A DNA stretch of 64,000 nt from Vulcanimicrobiota bacterium (GCA_963812155.1 CAWETW010000004.1:128001-192000); one strand, 5' to 3'. Positions 47,546 to 59,309 are shown, numbered from the stretch's first letter. The notes: generated from the letters alone by a model not told the origin. Numbers and translations are program-made.

Positions 47546-48261
47546 CGGATGAGTCCGTGAGGAATCGCCGCTACGGGCGTCACCGCCGTCAACGTCAACG
47601 CCGGCGCCGTCATCACCGCGGCGACGATCGCCGCGGCAAACGCCAATGGAAAGACCAGCGTGAAACTTCCAAAACGCGGTACCGCGCGGGAGAGCGCGCC
47701 GATGGCGATCTGGACGACGAACGCGAGGCCGATCGCCGGCGCCGCGACCGCGATGCCCACGCCGACGATCGTGAGGGCCCACCCGACCGCGTACGCCGCC
47801 CACGCGTGCGCGTCGATGCCGGCCCCGGGCGGAATCAATGCGAAACTTCGCGCAAACGCCGCAATCGTCACGCGATAGGCGCCGCTCAGAAAGAATCCGC
47901 CGGTATACGCAAGCGACCAGACGCGGCCGAACCCGCTCGGCGCGACGATCTGCAGGCTGGGAGCGATTGCCTTCACGCCGACGTAATCGTCGATGGCCCG
48001 GCCGCCGGCGTACGCGCCGTCGTAGACGAGCGACGCCGCCATGCCGATCGCCGCACCGAGCAAAAACTCGATCGCAAGCGCCGGTACGGCTTCGGCTCCC
48101 AGCGGCGTGCGCGACGCGCGTACCGCCGGTGCGATGGCGACTGCCAAGAAAAGCGCGAACGCCGCGCGCACGCCCTGCGGCACGCTCGGATGCGAAAAGC
48201 CGGGAGCGCGAAACGCAAATCCGGCGCAGCGCGCGAAAACGAACAGCGCGGTCGCGCTCAC
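47542..48261 (-). CDS. fliR: Flagellar export protein FliR
   Basis: FAR..GF...APGFS..SVP..VR; EFLLG; GALSRAVP; operon position. Confidence 0.88.
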   Translation of the reverse strand: MSATALFVFARCAGFAFRAPGFSHPSVPQGVRAAFALFLAVAIAPAVRASRTPLGAEAVPALAIEFLLGAAIGMAASLVYDGAYAGGRAIDDYVGVKAIAPSLQIVAPSGFGRVWSLAYTGGFFLSGAYRVTIAAFARSFALIPPGAGIDAHAWAAYAVGWALTIVGVGIAVAAPAIGLAFVVQIAIGALSRAVPRFGSFTLVFPLAFAAAIVAAVMTAPALTLTAVTPVAAIPHGLIR

Positions 48262-48524
48262 CCGCCGGTGAGCGCCGGAATAGCGGCCGTCGCGCGTTCG
48301 AAGAGCCCCGCAAGCAGATGCATCGCGGCCGCACCGAACGTCGCGGTGACGGCTCCGATTGCGACGATCTTCGGCAAGAGCGTCAGCGTTTGTTCTTGCA
48401 CTTGCGTGGCTGCCTGCACGACGGCAACGGCGGTTCCGACCAGCGCGGCGACCGCGAGCACCGGCAGCGAGATAGCGGCCGTCGCTATCAGCGCATCGCG
48501 GAGTAAAGCTTGGAAGACGTCCAC
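48258..48524 (-). CDS. fliQ: Flagellar export protein FliQ
   Basis: QAATQVQEQTLTLLPKI. Confidence 0.93.
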   Translation of the reverse strand: MDVFQALLRDALIATAAISLPVLAVAALVGTAVAVVQAATQVQEQTLTLLPKIVAIGAVTATFGAAAMHLLAGLFERATAAIPALTGG

Positions 48525-48548
48525 GTCTTCGAAGCTACGCGCGCGCGG

Positions 48549-49457
48549 TTACCGGTGCGTTGCCGAAGAGTATCCCGGCAGCCGCCATGCACTGGCTGCC
48601 AGCAGCGCCGAGACGATCGCGCGCGTCGCGGGCGACCGGTTGAGCGTGTAAAAGTGCACGCCCGGTACGCCCGCCTGAAGCAGTTCGACGGCCTGCATCG
48701 ACGCGTAGGCGACGCCCAGCGCCTCGACGGCTGCGGCATCGCCGCGGCGCAGCGTCATCTCGACGTGCAGCTTGGGCGGAATGCTCGCGCCGCAGAGCGC
48801 GACGAAGCGGCGAATTTGATCGAAGTTCGTGATCGGCATCAATCCCGGAAGCATCGGCGTTGAAATGCCGGCCGCTCGCACGCGGCGATCGAAATCGAAA
48901 TAGAGCGCGTTATCGAAAAACAGCTGCGAGACCAGGAAATCGGCGCCGGCATCGACCTTTTCTCGAAGGCGCTCGAGATCGCTCGCTTCGCTCGCGGCTT
49001 CTGGATGTTTCTCCGGATAGCATGCCGCGCCGATGCAGAAGTCGTAGTTGCGCCGCAGCATCGCGATGAGGTCGGTTGCGTGCGCGAAACCGCCGGGCGG
49101 CGGCTCGAACGCTGCCGCCGTTGCGGGCGCGTCGCCGCGCAGCGCGAGGACGTTGGCGATGCCGGCTCGCGCGAGATCGTCGAAGAGCATGCGCAGTTCG
49201 GCGCGGGTCGAGCCGACGCAGGTCACGTGCGCGACGACCGTCATGCCCGTTTCCGATTGAATCTGTTTCGCGAGCGCGACCGTGCGCGCGCGCGTCGATC
49301 CGCCGGCGCCGTAGGTGATCGAAACGAATGCCGGCCGCAGCGGCTGCAGGGCCGCAATCGTTTCGAAGAGGCGGCGCGATCCGTCGTCGTCCTTGGGCGG
49401 AAAGAACTCGAAGGAGAAAAACGGCCGAACGCTCGCGAGCGCGTCGCTAATTCGCAT
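48549..49457 (-). CDS. metF: 5,10-methylenetetrahydrofolate reductase
   Basis: SFEFFPPK, SITYGAGGST, HVTC, LALRGD, ACYPEKHP, KVDAGA, QLFF, HFYTLN. Confidence 0.95.
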   Translation of the reverse strand: MRISDALASVRPFFSFEFFPPKDDDGSRRLFETIAALQPLRPAFVSITYGAGGSTRARTVALAKQIQSETGMTVVAHVTCVGSTRAELRMLFDDLARAGIANVLALRGDAPATAAAFEPPPGGFAHATDLIAMLRRNYDFCIGAACYPEKHPEAASEASDLERLREKVDAGADFLVSQLFFDNALYFDFDRRVRAAGISTPMLPGLMPITNFDQIRRFVALCGASIPPKLHVEMTLRRGDAAAVEALGVAYASMQAVELLQAGVPGVHFYTLNRSPATRAIVSALLAASAWRLPGYSSATHR

Positions 49458-49470
49458 GCAGCATGCTTCG

Positions 49471-49864
49471 TTAACGAAAGCTCGCCGTCACGCCTCCGCA
49501 GACCAGCGCCCAGCCGTCGACCATGACGAACAGCAGCAGCTTAACTGGGAGCGAAACGACCGGCGGGCTGAGCATCACCATGCCGAGGCCCATCAGAATC
49601 GCCGCGACCGCGAGATCGATCGCAACGAACGGTAGGTAGAGCGCGAAGCCGATTGCGAATCCGCTGCGCAGCTCGCCGACGACGAACGCCGGAACGAGGA
49701 CGTCGAAAGGAGCGCGCTGCGCCGCTTCGTGCGGCTGGTGCGCGATCCGCTCGAAGAGCTGCACGTCCGCTGCGCGCGCTTGGCGCAGCATGAAGGTTTG
49801 GAGCGGGACGGCGGCGCGCTCGAGCGCTTGCGATTGCGACAACGCTCCGCGCGCGTAAGGATCA
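49471..49864 (-). pseudogene. fliP: FliP, C-terminal half only (cut at the junction)
   Basis: PLQTFMLRQ, LVPAFVVGELRSGF.IGF.LYLPFVAIDL, LGMVMLSP..VSLP.KLLLFVMVDGW; N-terminal half absent. Confidence 0.9.
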
Positions 49865-50796
49865 ACAGCGACCGTTGCCGATCGTGCTCGCCGACTCATC
49901 CTCGCCAAAGGCGACGGTGCGGTTTCCGTGGAGCCGCGAGGAGAGCGCGGCGACCTGGGGCAACCAGCAGGTGTCGATCTGGGTGAGAGATCCGGCCGTC
50001 GTCACGCTCACCGTCACCGATGCCTCCGGCGCGACGGGGACGACGACGGCGACCGTCAACTTCGCGGACTCCACGTCGAACGGCGACGAGTTCGCGTGCG
50101 CGCACATCGGCACGCCCCCGCCGGCGCCGTCGGTCCCGGTTCAGGTCTCGTCGGGCTCGACCGACGCGCAGGCGCGCTCGCTGTTTGCGGCGGCGTTCTG
50201 CCGGCTGGCGGGCGTCACGTGCACGGGCGACATCATTGGCGGGACGCCATCGCTGGCAGACGAGGGTAGGCGCCTGCTCGTCGAGCGCAAGATCGAGCAG
50301 CTGAAGGAGCGCATCGAGGAGCTGCGCCGCGATATCGCTGACGCCCTCGCCAGCGAGCGGCGCCTCGCTGACGAGGCCGCGGCGACCGATGACCAGTCTG
50401 AGCGGACGCTGCTGATCGTGCTGGCCAAGATCGCCCACAAGGGCGCACAGGAGGATGAAGAGCTCCTCGACAAGGACATCACCGAGCTCAACGCGCTCGA
50501 CCACAAGGACCGCGCGCTTGTCCACCAGCTGAGCAGCAAGGTGCGCCCCGCCCGAGCCGCCCCGGCCACGCCTCACGTTCGACGTGGTGGCGGTCATCCC
50601 GTTCCGTATCGCCGCGGGTACCGGCGCTGCGGTCAACGGGAACCTAAGCGCGGGCGCGACGCAACTGTTGCGCCGCTACGGCCGGCTGCACCTCACGCTC
50701 TACACCTACACCCTGACCGCGACCGGGAAGCGCACCGTCACGTCACGCGCCGTGACCATCCACGTCCCGAAAGCCCATCGAACGACGCGCCGCTGA
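49865..50796 (+). CDS. 3' part of a secreted/surface protein (PKD-like strand, coiled coil, C-terminal beta domain), frameshifted
   Basis: VTLTVTDASGATGTTTATV; C-terminal LSAGATQLLRRYGRLHLTL...SRAVTI style seen in actinobacterial surface proteins. Confidence 0.5.
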
Positions 50797-52038
50797 CGTC
50801 GACCGCGTCCGGGGGCGGGCGGGATGCGCTCAGCGTCCGCTCGCAAGACTCCAGGTGACCGCTCGCCGAGGTCATCGGGCACTCCGTGGCCGGTCGGCGG
50901 TCTTCGACAGGACGTACTGCAGCTGACCATGCGATCGTCTTGTTCTGACGTCCGCGCTCTTTTGGGCGTACCCGCGGCGATCACTGAGTCATTCTCGGCC
51001 CTTACGGCAGGCCCCAAACGCACCAGCCACCTTTGATTGGGCTAGGTCCCGCCCGGCGGCAGGTCGACGCGGTAACCGGCCTCTACTCCAGGTTGGCCCC
51101 TTCCCGGGATCGACCAATGCGAGTCGCAGGCCTACACGATCACCGCCACGAACTCGTCGACCGGCGCCCTCACCCCGAAGATGTACGTCGGCGTGGGCGA
51201 CAGCTACACGCTCGTCGTCCCCCGCCGGGCGCGTACACGCTGAAGGACTCGCGGATGCCCGGGACAGGCCCGGCGACGGTCACCACAGTGCACAGCACGA
51301 CCGCAAACACGTACTGCAACATGCCGTGAGGTCCGTCCCCATCATCGGCGATTCTCGACTCCGCCCACCATCCCTGGTCCCATGCGCGAGCCAAGGTAAG
51401 CAAGAGTCCTCGAGGTCCCGCTCGAGGATCCGCTGCACAGCGACGGCAGAGTACGGGTCGCGGCCGATTAGTGTAGCCGGGTCACCCCTCGGTGGTCCCG
51501 AGCTGGCACTCGAGCCGCCGGGCTTCGCGCTGATCCCCGCAACCTCGCGAGCTGTGTGCTTTGCGCATCGAGTGCCACGGAGGGCGTTCATCCGGTCGCC
51601 CGCGTTCGTCGGCGGCGCGGGCGTCGTGGCACGCAAGCTGCGCAGCTCCCTGTTCGAGATGCCGAGCAGCTCGGCCACCTCGCCAGGCTGCAGGCCGGAG
51701 CCGAGGAGGTCCTCTACCGCCTCAGGCCTGGGCGCGCTGAGCTTCGGCTTGGGCGCGCTCCCAGGCGGCTTTGGCCTCGGCAAGCCGGGCCACGGCCCCG
51801 GAGAACAAACGCGCCGCGGCAGTACGGGTCGCTAGGCGTTCCTTCGTGGCCGCCGCCTCCTGGGCAGCGAGCTCCCGGAGCCGTCGTGTGGCTGGGTCGT
51901 CAGCAACGCGTGCATGGGTGCGAGCGTAGATCGATTAGCCATAATTAGTTCCTCTCGAGCCAGGGCTCGGAATGTGACAAGAGTAGCCGAATATTGTCAG
52001 AGTATTTCAAGCACTAGCTGGTATTAGCTTTTGTGGGA

Positions 52039-52081
52039 GCAAGATATGCGATCAGTACAACTGATCGCGGTGGATGCTTGC
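52039..52081 (-). mobile_element. Putative oriT (RP4/MOBP-type nic site)
   Basis: Perfect IR GCGATCAGT-ACA-ACTGATCGC next to TATCTTG^C on the minus strand (RP4-type YATCYTG^Y), just upstream of mobC. Confidence 0.7.
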
Positions 52082-52121
52082 CCTGGGGGGCGGCGCATGC
52101 CACGCTGGGACGGTGGGAGAT

Positions 52122-52634
52122 GTGCCGGGGACGGTGCGCCCGGCCGGGGAGCCGGGCGGGGACGGGGGGCGTGACGGACCGGTCTTGGGTAAGGCCGGGG
52201 CCACCGCGACGGCGCGTCCCGGAGGCCGGTTACGGCGTCGGCCGGGTGGGCGCCGGCGCGTAGTCGGTGTGCGCCTGTCGCCGGAGGAAGAGGCTTGGAT
52301 CGTGCCCCGGGCGGCGGCCGAGGGCCTGTCGGTACAACGGTTCCTGGTCGAGTCGGCGCTGCCCGAAGGCCGTCCCTCCCTCCTCGCCCGGCGCGCCCTC
52401 TGCCGCGAGTTCTTGGCGGTGGCGAGAGACCTTCACGGGGCCTGTGTGAACTTGAACCAGCTCACTCACCTTGCCCATGTGAGGCGCGATGTCCCGAGTG
52501 GGGCCGACGAGGTCATGGCCGAAGTGCGGGCTGGAGGTAGGCGCATTGTCGAACTGGCGGCGCTCCTCAGCGCCCGTGGAGGGGGCTCCCCCGGGGGAGG
52601 CGGAGGCGTGAGGCACGAGGGGGCGGAGGCGTGA
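52122..52634 (+). CDS. mobC: MobC relaxosome accessory protein (start uncertain)
   Basis: VGVRLSPEE...I..RA...GLSV..FL (RHH) and L.G..VNLNQL motif; overlaps the relaxase start. Confidence 0.85.
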   Translation: MPGTVRPAGEPGGDGGRDGPVLGKAGATATARPGGRLRRRPGGRRRVVGVRLSPEEEAWIVPRAAAEGLSVQRFLVESALPEGRPSLLARRALCREFLAVARDLHGACVNLNQLTHLAHVRRDVPSGADEVMAEVRAGGRRIVELAALLSARGGGSPGGGGGVRHEGAEA

Positions 52635-54297
52635 TCGCGAAGGTGACGCGGGGCCAGCAGCCCTCGGGCGCGGTGCGCTACTTGTTCGGCCCTGGGCAGG
52701 TACAACGAGCACGAGGACCCCCATGTCGTAGCGGCCTCGGCGTCGCTCCGGGTGGAGGCGGGCCTGCGGCCGACCAAGCCCGAACTGGAGGAGCTGGCGG
52801 CGGCTATGGACTTCCCTGCCGTGTTGTTCGGCACGGAGGTCCCCGGCGGCGCCTGCTGGCACCTGTCGCTCTCCACCAAGGCGGGGACGGACCGCGAGTT
52901 GTCGGACGCCGAGTGGGCCGAGGTGGCCAAGGAGGCGATGAGCCGGCTCGGTTTTGAGGCCTCCGGGCACCAGGCGGCGTGCCGCTGGGTGGCGGTCCGC
53001 CACGGCCGCTCCAGCGCCGGCAACGACCACGTCCACGTCGTCGTGGACCTGGTGCGCGAGGACGGGAAGGTCGCCGCGCACGGCCAACGACTTCAAGCGC
53101 TTCTCGGCCCTCTGCGCCGACATGGAGCGCCGCTACGGGCTCAGTGCCGTCGAGGGGCGGGCCAAGAAAGCGGCCATGCCCGGGCTCACCCGGGCCGAGG
53201 CGGAAAAGGCGCGCCGCACCGGACGGGCCGAAGCGGAGCGGGCCGAGCTCGCCCGGGTGGTGCGCGCTGCGGCCACTGTCGCCGCCAGCGAAGCCGAGTT
53301 CGTGCGGCTCCTCCGGGACGCCGGGCTGGCGGCCAGGCCCCGTTACGACCGCGTCGGCGGGCATCGCGTGGTCGGCTACGCGGTGGCCGAGGAGCCCTCC
53401 GACGGAGGGGTGGCGGTCTTCTTCGGTGGGGGGAAGCTGGCGAGGGACCTCTCGCTCCCGGCCCTACGGGACCGCTGGCGCGACGGCGAGGCCGAGAGCC
53501 AGGAGGCCGCCGCCGAGTGGGCTGGTGCAGCCCCGGCGACGGGCGTGCACGAGGCCCCTCGGGCCAGCCGGCACCTCACCTACCGCTGGGCCGAGGCGAG
53601 AGAGCGTTGGGGCAAGACGGCGCTTCGGGAAGAGCACCAGGCGTCCGCCCAGCGCTCCCCGGCCCGGTGGAGAGAAGCGACCGAAGGCCTGGGCGAAGTG
53701 GTGCGCGAGCTGGGCGCCGTCCCCGCCGAGGACGTGACCACCTGGCGAGCGGTCGCCTCCGACGCGGCGGGGGTGCTGGCTGTCTTATCGGGGCGCTTGG
53801 AGCGCGTCCCCGGGCCACTGGCCCACGCCTCGGGCCTGCTCGCCCGCTCGGCCCAAGGGCCTCGGCAAAGGCCAGCGAAAGTTCGCTGCGTCCCGCGCGG
53901 CACCATCAAGTCGGTGGCCGCCCTCATGGCCCAAGCGGACCTCGACGAGGACACGCCGGCCGCCTGGAGGCTTCTCTTGGCCGAGATGCTCCGGGTGGCC
54001 CAGGCGGTCCACGACGCCCACTTGGCGCGCTCGGAATCTCAGCAGGCTGGCCGCCTGGCCGACGAGGCACGGAAGGCCCTGGACAACGTGAGGGCGCGCC
54101 TCGGGTCGCTGGAAGCGCTCCGGGCCGAGCTCCTCGCGGTAGTCGAGCCTGCCCAGGGGGAAGCCGGACGCGGACAGGAGGAGGCTGCGAGGCGTCAGCG
54201 CCGACGGGCGGGCAAAGGTGCGCTGCGGCCAGAGCAGTTCGCTCGGACGACAACGGGGCGGGCACCGCCGAAACGGTCCTCGGAAGTGGGGAGGTGA
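52631..54297 (+). CDS. MOBP-family relaxase, two frameshifts (~52700, ~53080)
   Basis: MIAKVTRG....GAVRYLFGPG (catalytic Tyr), WHLSLS, LSDAEW, WVAVRH....NDHVHVV; FGGGKLARDLSLP.LR..W. Confidence 0.9.
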
Positions 54298-54719
54298 GCG
54301 TGGCAGAAGCGTGCTGGGACGAACGCTCCGTGCCTCCCTGCTGGCGTACCTGGTTGACGCAGCCTGGCAATGAGAGACGTAGCCGTGACTTTTGGCGCTC
54401 GCGCGACATTATGTGCGCTAGAGCAGGGTCGAAAGTCGACGCCTTATCCGTCTGATATGCATGATTCCCGCCCGAGTTGGGATGGTAGTCGGTAGGGACA
54501 TTCGGTATTCGCGACTGCCCCGGTGCGGCACCTCGGAGATGCGGCGCTGCTGGGATATGGGGACGCTCGACGTGCGTGGCAGGGGTCGCTTTTTAGCCGC
54601 GCCGTCTCGGCCACCCTCTGCGCCGTGCACGCCGACGCGGACGCCCAGGCGCTCGACTACCTCGAGCGACGGGCGCTGTGCGTTCGCCGGGGAGCCGGGG
54701 GGCTCCGCCGCATCGGGGC

Positions 54720-55462
54720 ACCGGGACTTCCTCGCCGTCGCCAGTCGGTCTAGCCAATCGCTGAGCAGCTGTCGCTCTGCAGGGGACAGGACGCCGGGTG
54801 CCTCGGTGAGCAGTGCCCGCAGCGCGACGGCGTGCACCGCGACCCGTTCAGCCGCCGGTGCCGCGTCGGGTCCTCCGTTTGGGGTCTCGGCGGAGGCCGG
54901 AACGGTGATGGCGGTGAGTATCGCCTCGCGCATGGTCTCGGAGAGCCGCGGGTCGCGTTCCTCGGGTGGGGTGGCGGCGAGAGTGAGCGTGACGCCGGTA
55001 CCCGCGGCGTGGATCAGGTCCGTGGCGTGAGCAACATCGACACGGAGCCGCCCGGCCTCGGCGATGCGGGCGACGAGCCCCTGCAGCACCGCAACGCCTT
55101 CGTGTATCACTGATCTGGACGCAGCGACGGACGGGGCGCTGTACAGCGAGCGCGAACGCGTCGGGGTGGGCAAGGCCGAACGCGATGTGGAGATCCCACC
55201 CTCGCCGCAGGTCCTCGACTGGGTCGTTCGTAAGTGCGCGGGTCGCCTGTTCTCGCACGTGGACGGCGAGCGTCTCGCGAGCGACCACGTCGAGCAGTCC
55301 CTGCATGTCGCCGAAGTGGCGATAGATCGTGGGCGGTTGCACCCCGGCGGCGGCGCTCACCGCTCGCGTGGTCACCGCGTTGCGTCCGCCGGTCGCGAGC
55401 AGTTCGGTGGCGGCGCGCACTATGCGGGCTCGAGCGTCCGGCCTCGGGTCCCTCGATGACAT
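54720..55462 (-). CDS. TetR-family regulator, frameshift ~55150; 3' end approximate
   Basis: [39 protein letters not shown]-terminal [16 protein letters not shown]. Confidence 0.85.
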
Positions 55463-55531
55463 CAGCGGAAACAATATCGCGTTATCGCTGTTGACTATCA
55501 GTGCTGTCGGTAATACGTTAGCGATGATAAC
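55458..55531. promoter_or_regulatory. TetR operators and divergent promoter
   Basis: Imperfect palindromes GTTATCGCTGTTGAC (55481-55495) and GTTAGCGATGATAAC (55517-55531); TTGACT-17-TACGTT. Confidence 0.6.
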
Positions 55532-55656
55532 AGCGAGATCGGATTCGCAAGCGCTGCGCGCCTCGCCGATGAGGGCTGGGATCTCGTGCTCCTGCCGTCG
55601 CGGTCGAGAGGCCGAGCGAGGTGCTCCTGAGGGACTGATCGCAAAGGAGTTGCCGA

Positions 55657-56500
55657 GTGATCTTCGTGACGACGGCCGGCAAGGTGGGTTCGGCGGCGGC
55701 CCGCCTGATCGCCCAGCGAGACGTTCCTGTGCGGGTACTCGTCCGCCACCCCGAGAAGGTGGCCGCTCTCGCCCAAGCCGGAGTCGAGATCTTCCCGGGC
55801 GATCTGGATTCCCCCGAGAGCATCGACCAGGCGATGCGGGGTGTCTCGAGGGTGGTCCTCGTCACTTCGCCGGTCCTCTCACAGGAGCTGAGCGTGATCG
55901 ACAGTGCCGAGAGGGCCGGCGTCGAGCACGTCGTCAAGATCACCAACAAGAGCCGACGCGGACTCGCCGATCGCCCGCCGCCGCATCCAGAGCGAGATCG
56001 AAGACGCCCTGGTCGCCTCGGGACTCTCCTACACCCTTCTGTGCAACAACGCCTACATGCAGAACTTTCTGATGATGGCGCCAGGGATAGCCAAGACAAG
56101 CACCTTCAGCACCGCGACCGGCGACGGTCGGGTTGGGCACGTCGATGTGCGGGACGTGGCCGCCGCCGCCGCCGAGATCGCGGTGTCCCCCGCCGGCCAC
56201 GCCGGAAAGAGGTACTGGCCGACGGGGCCGGAGTCGCTTTCGGGCAACGACGTGGCCGAGATCTTCACCAAGGTCCTTGGCCGACCGATCACCTTTTACC
56301 CGATCTCCTTTGAGGAACAGAAGCAAGCGATGACCGACGTCGGTCTCCCGGTGCCCGTCGCCAAGGACAACGCCCTGGCGGTCGCCTGGATGGCCGACGG
56401 CGATTGTGACTACGTCACCGACGATGTGCCACACATCCTCGGCCGACCGGCTGGCTCATTCGAGCGGTTCGCCATCGACTACGCCGAGGCGTTCTCGTGA
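55657..56500 (+). CDS. NmrA/atypical SDR NAD(P)-binding protein, frameshift ~55950
   Basis: [42 protein letters not shown]. Confidence 0.85.
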
Positions 56501-56603
56501 GGTACGGCGGCGGCGGCCCTGACCCCGCCAGGCGTCGTCCCGGCTGTGGCCACGAGCAGGACCTTCGCAGCAAGAGGGAACCAACTAGCAGAAAGGGCAC
56601 CTG

Positions 56604-57059
56604 ATGAGCATCAACACGGAAACGACGAGCCGGACCAAGCACCTGCTCGCGCTCATGACGAGGGGTGACGATCTCTTCAACGCACGGGACTGGCAAGCGT
56701 TGGACGACGTGCACCACCCGGACATGATCGCGTTCATCCCCGGGAGCGCAGAGCCGATCTACGGACGGAAGGCCCATGGCGCGGCGATGCAGCAGCTGGT
56801 CCGGATGTTCCCCGACGTCCGCGTCCACACCCCGTACCCGGTCCAGTTCGGAGGCGACGACTGGATCACCGTGGTCACCAACGCCACGGGGACATTCACG
56901 GGAGAGATGGCCCTGCCCGACGGCAACGTGGTCCCGCCGACCGGAAAGGCGTTCGACCTCGAGTTCGCCCAGACCAGCAAGTGGGAGGGCGACCAGCTCA
57001 TCGTGATCTCTGCCTTCTGGAACTCCGCTGTCCAGAGGCGGCAAATCGGCCTCGCCTAG
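56604..57059 (+). CDS. SnoaL-like ester cyclase / NTF2 family protein
   Basis: FNARDW, FPDV, TGTFTGEM, PPTGKAF. Confidence 0.88.
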   Translation: MSINTETTSRTKHLLALMTRGDDLFNARDWQALDDVHHPDMIAFIPGSAEPIYGRKAHGAAMQQLVRMFPDVRVHTPYPVQFGGDDWITVVTNATGTFTGEMALPDGNVVPPTGKAFDLEFAQTSKWEGDQLIVISAFWNSAVQRRQIGLA

Positions 57060-57819
57060 CAGCGAAGGACGCCGGCTTGTTCGGAGCGAGCGGATGCAGG
57101 TTCCTGCAATCCACCTGACTGTCCGTCACTCGTCGGCGGTGCGTCCATCGGAGGGGAGGTGACGACGGCCGCTGTGGGCTCCGACACGTCGCAAGGGGTA
57201 GAAATGGTGCTCCACGCCTGGCGCTTAACCCGCCCATACCTACCCGCCGTCCAGGCAGCCGATCAAAAGCTCGGCGTCAGCAGCTCCAACGAAGTCGGAA
57301 GCACTCGGATCGACATACGATTCTCACTCACCGAGCTGGTTGGTACGAAATCGACGACTCTCCCAGAACGTGAGCGTGGAACTCTGGAGCCACCTTGCCC
57401 CCGACCGCCGGCTCAGGGAAGCCATAACGACGCCGGATTCGTTCATCAGGACGTTGTCGGATTTGCAAATATTCGATACCGTAAACCCCAGCGCGATTGG
57501 CACTTTCGAGTGAGGTAAAGGGAGAACGCCGACCTTGGTCTGAACAATATGTGCGTGGTTTTCTGTTCTGACGCAGGCTAAATTTGCCTTGAACCAAAGG
57601 CGGCAAGAACCGTCTGGTCGGTCGTGCGGACGCTCCGCTCGACGCGAGCGTTCTGGACGCCAATCTGTCTCTCGAGCACCTTCAGCTGCAACTCCCACTC
57701 CTTGGCTGCCACTTATGGGTCGGCCTCGATGGCCAACGGGAGTTGGCCTCCCGCTAGCGCGGTGTCAACACCGGTCTAGCCCGCCGACAGCCGACAGCCA
57801 GAGCTTCGTGGTGTAGAAC

Positions 57820-58640
57820 GTGTTTGTGGCCACGAGTGAGCTATTGCGCTTCTACGAGACGCCGACCGAGTTCACCGACCTCGGACGAAGAGCGGTAATG
57901 GCCGCTGAGCTGCCGAGCGGCCCGCAGCAGTTGGGCGAAGTCGTGCGCGGTCTGCTCGTGCACAACTACCAGGTGAAAGTTCGTGGCCTGGAGGTGCCAC
58001 CAGAGCGGATGGCGCACATGCAAACGGTTGGCGCCGAGCGGATTCTTGGATAACGTTATCGGCCCCGACGCCAGCCCTCTGGCAGTCGAGCGTCCGCCTG
58101 AGCGCCGCATGGTGGGTTTCTCTTACCACTTAGCGCTCCTGCACTGTGCGCTGCTTCGTAACGCCGGGACCCCGAGCGCGGGTGAGATGTGGCTTTGCGA
58201 GTTACTTCGAGCCCGGCCTGTGGATCGACCACTGGGTGGTCGAGTGGTGGGACGGAAGAGGCTGGCGTCTCAACGACCCACAGACGGGATGGGGCGACCT
58301 CTCTGAGGAGGACTTCCGGAATGGCGTCACGGCATGGAGTTTGGCTCGAGCCGTCCCAAGCCAAGCTGGTTCCTACGGTAACGGAGAGTTGTGGGGCTCG
58401 GACGAACTGCGCGGCAGCCTCATCAACGACGTAGCGGCTCTCAACAAGGTCGAGATCTCAGGCTGGTACTGGTGCCAACGCCTCCGCGTGGAACCCATAG
58501 CTGGACCGCACGAGGAGCTCGACACGTCGCTTGACGTCCTCGCGCGCCTGGGCGCGGCAGCGGCGTCGATTGCCGAACTCAACCAAGCTTACGAGCTGTA
58601 CCCGGATGTTCAGCCGCCATCAAACGCCGTAGCGCGGTAA
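57820..58640 (+). CDS. Transglutaminase-like domain protein, frameshifted
   Basis: VVRGLLVH, RPPERRMVG, ARVRCGFASYF, DHWVVEWW...GWRLNDPQ, DVAALNKVE. Confidence 0.75.
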
Positions 58641-59309
58641 GGGAACGCCCTCCCTGGATTAGGTTCGGTCCCGATCCCCCGGCCGGTAGCGGCGTCGTTC
58701 GGGCGCTCGGACCATGCATAGATAACTTTGGCAGTTCTGGGCAGGAGTGCCCGTCAACCTCCGCACCTGCGCGCACCGAACGTCCGATGGCTCATGGCCG
58801 AAGACCGCGCCCTATTCGGCCGATCCCGGCAGCCATGTCCAAGAAAGCCTGACTTTCGGGCTCCAGCACAGATTGTCGGCCGTTGGCCCGGCAATATGAG
58901 CGTTCGTTCCGGAGCGCCCCGAATCGAAAATTCCCCTGTTCGCTCAGGCAATATCCGTCGATCTGCATGTGCACGAGTCCCCAAACGCCGCCAAAGGATC
59001 CCGCACAAAAAGGGGTGTTATGGACGGCTCAAGTGGGCGATTCTGGACGGCGGGTTGGTCGTCTCAGCGGAGAAAGACGGACTGGTGCGCCAGCCTTTCA
59101 CGTTGGCGTCCGCGACGTTTCCCAGAACCAGGTGCTCAACTCTGTGGTGAGGACCGCATAGCTTGCCGAGGTGTGGCTCAGCTCGTACAAGGTCAGTGGT
59201 CCAGCGGGAAGCGTCTGTTTGAAGGGCACCTGAGCCTCCCTAGGCGAGGCGGTCGAGGGAGTCGCGAGCGCCTGAACCTCCTGTGGCGCTTGCAGAGTTG
59301 GCGAACGGA

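Noticed and set aside
44490..49864. Injectisome-type T3SS
   Set aside because: The order fliP-Q-R-flhB-flhA and the motifs fit flagellar export; no injectisome-specific genes are in the window.
50800..51940. Short ORFs including an HTH-like fragment (51280-51783, minus strand)
   Set aside because: Too fragmentary to support a call.
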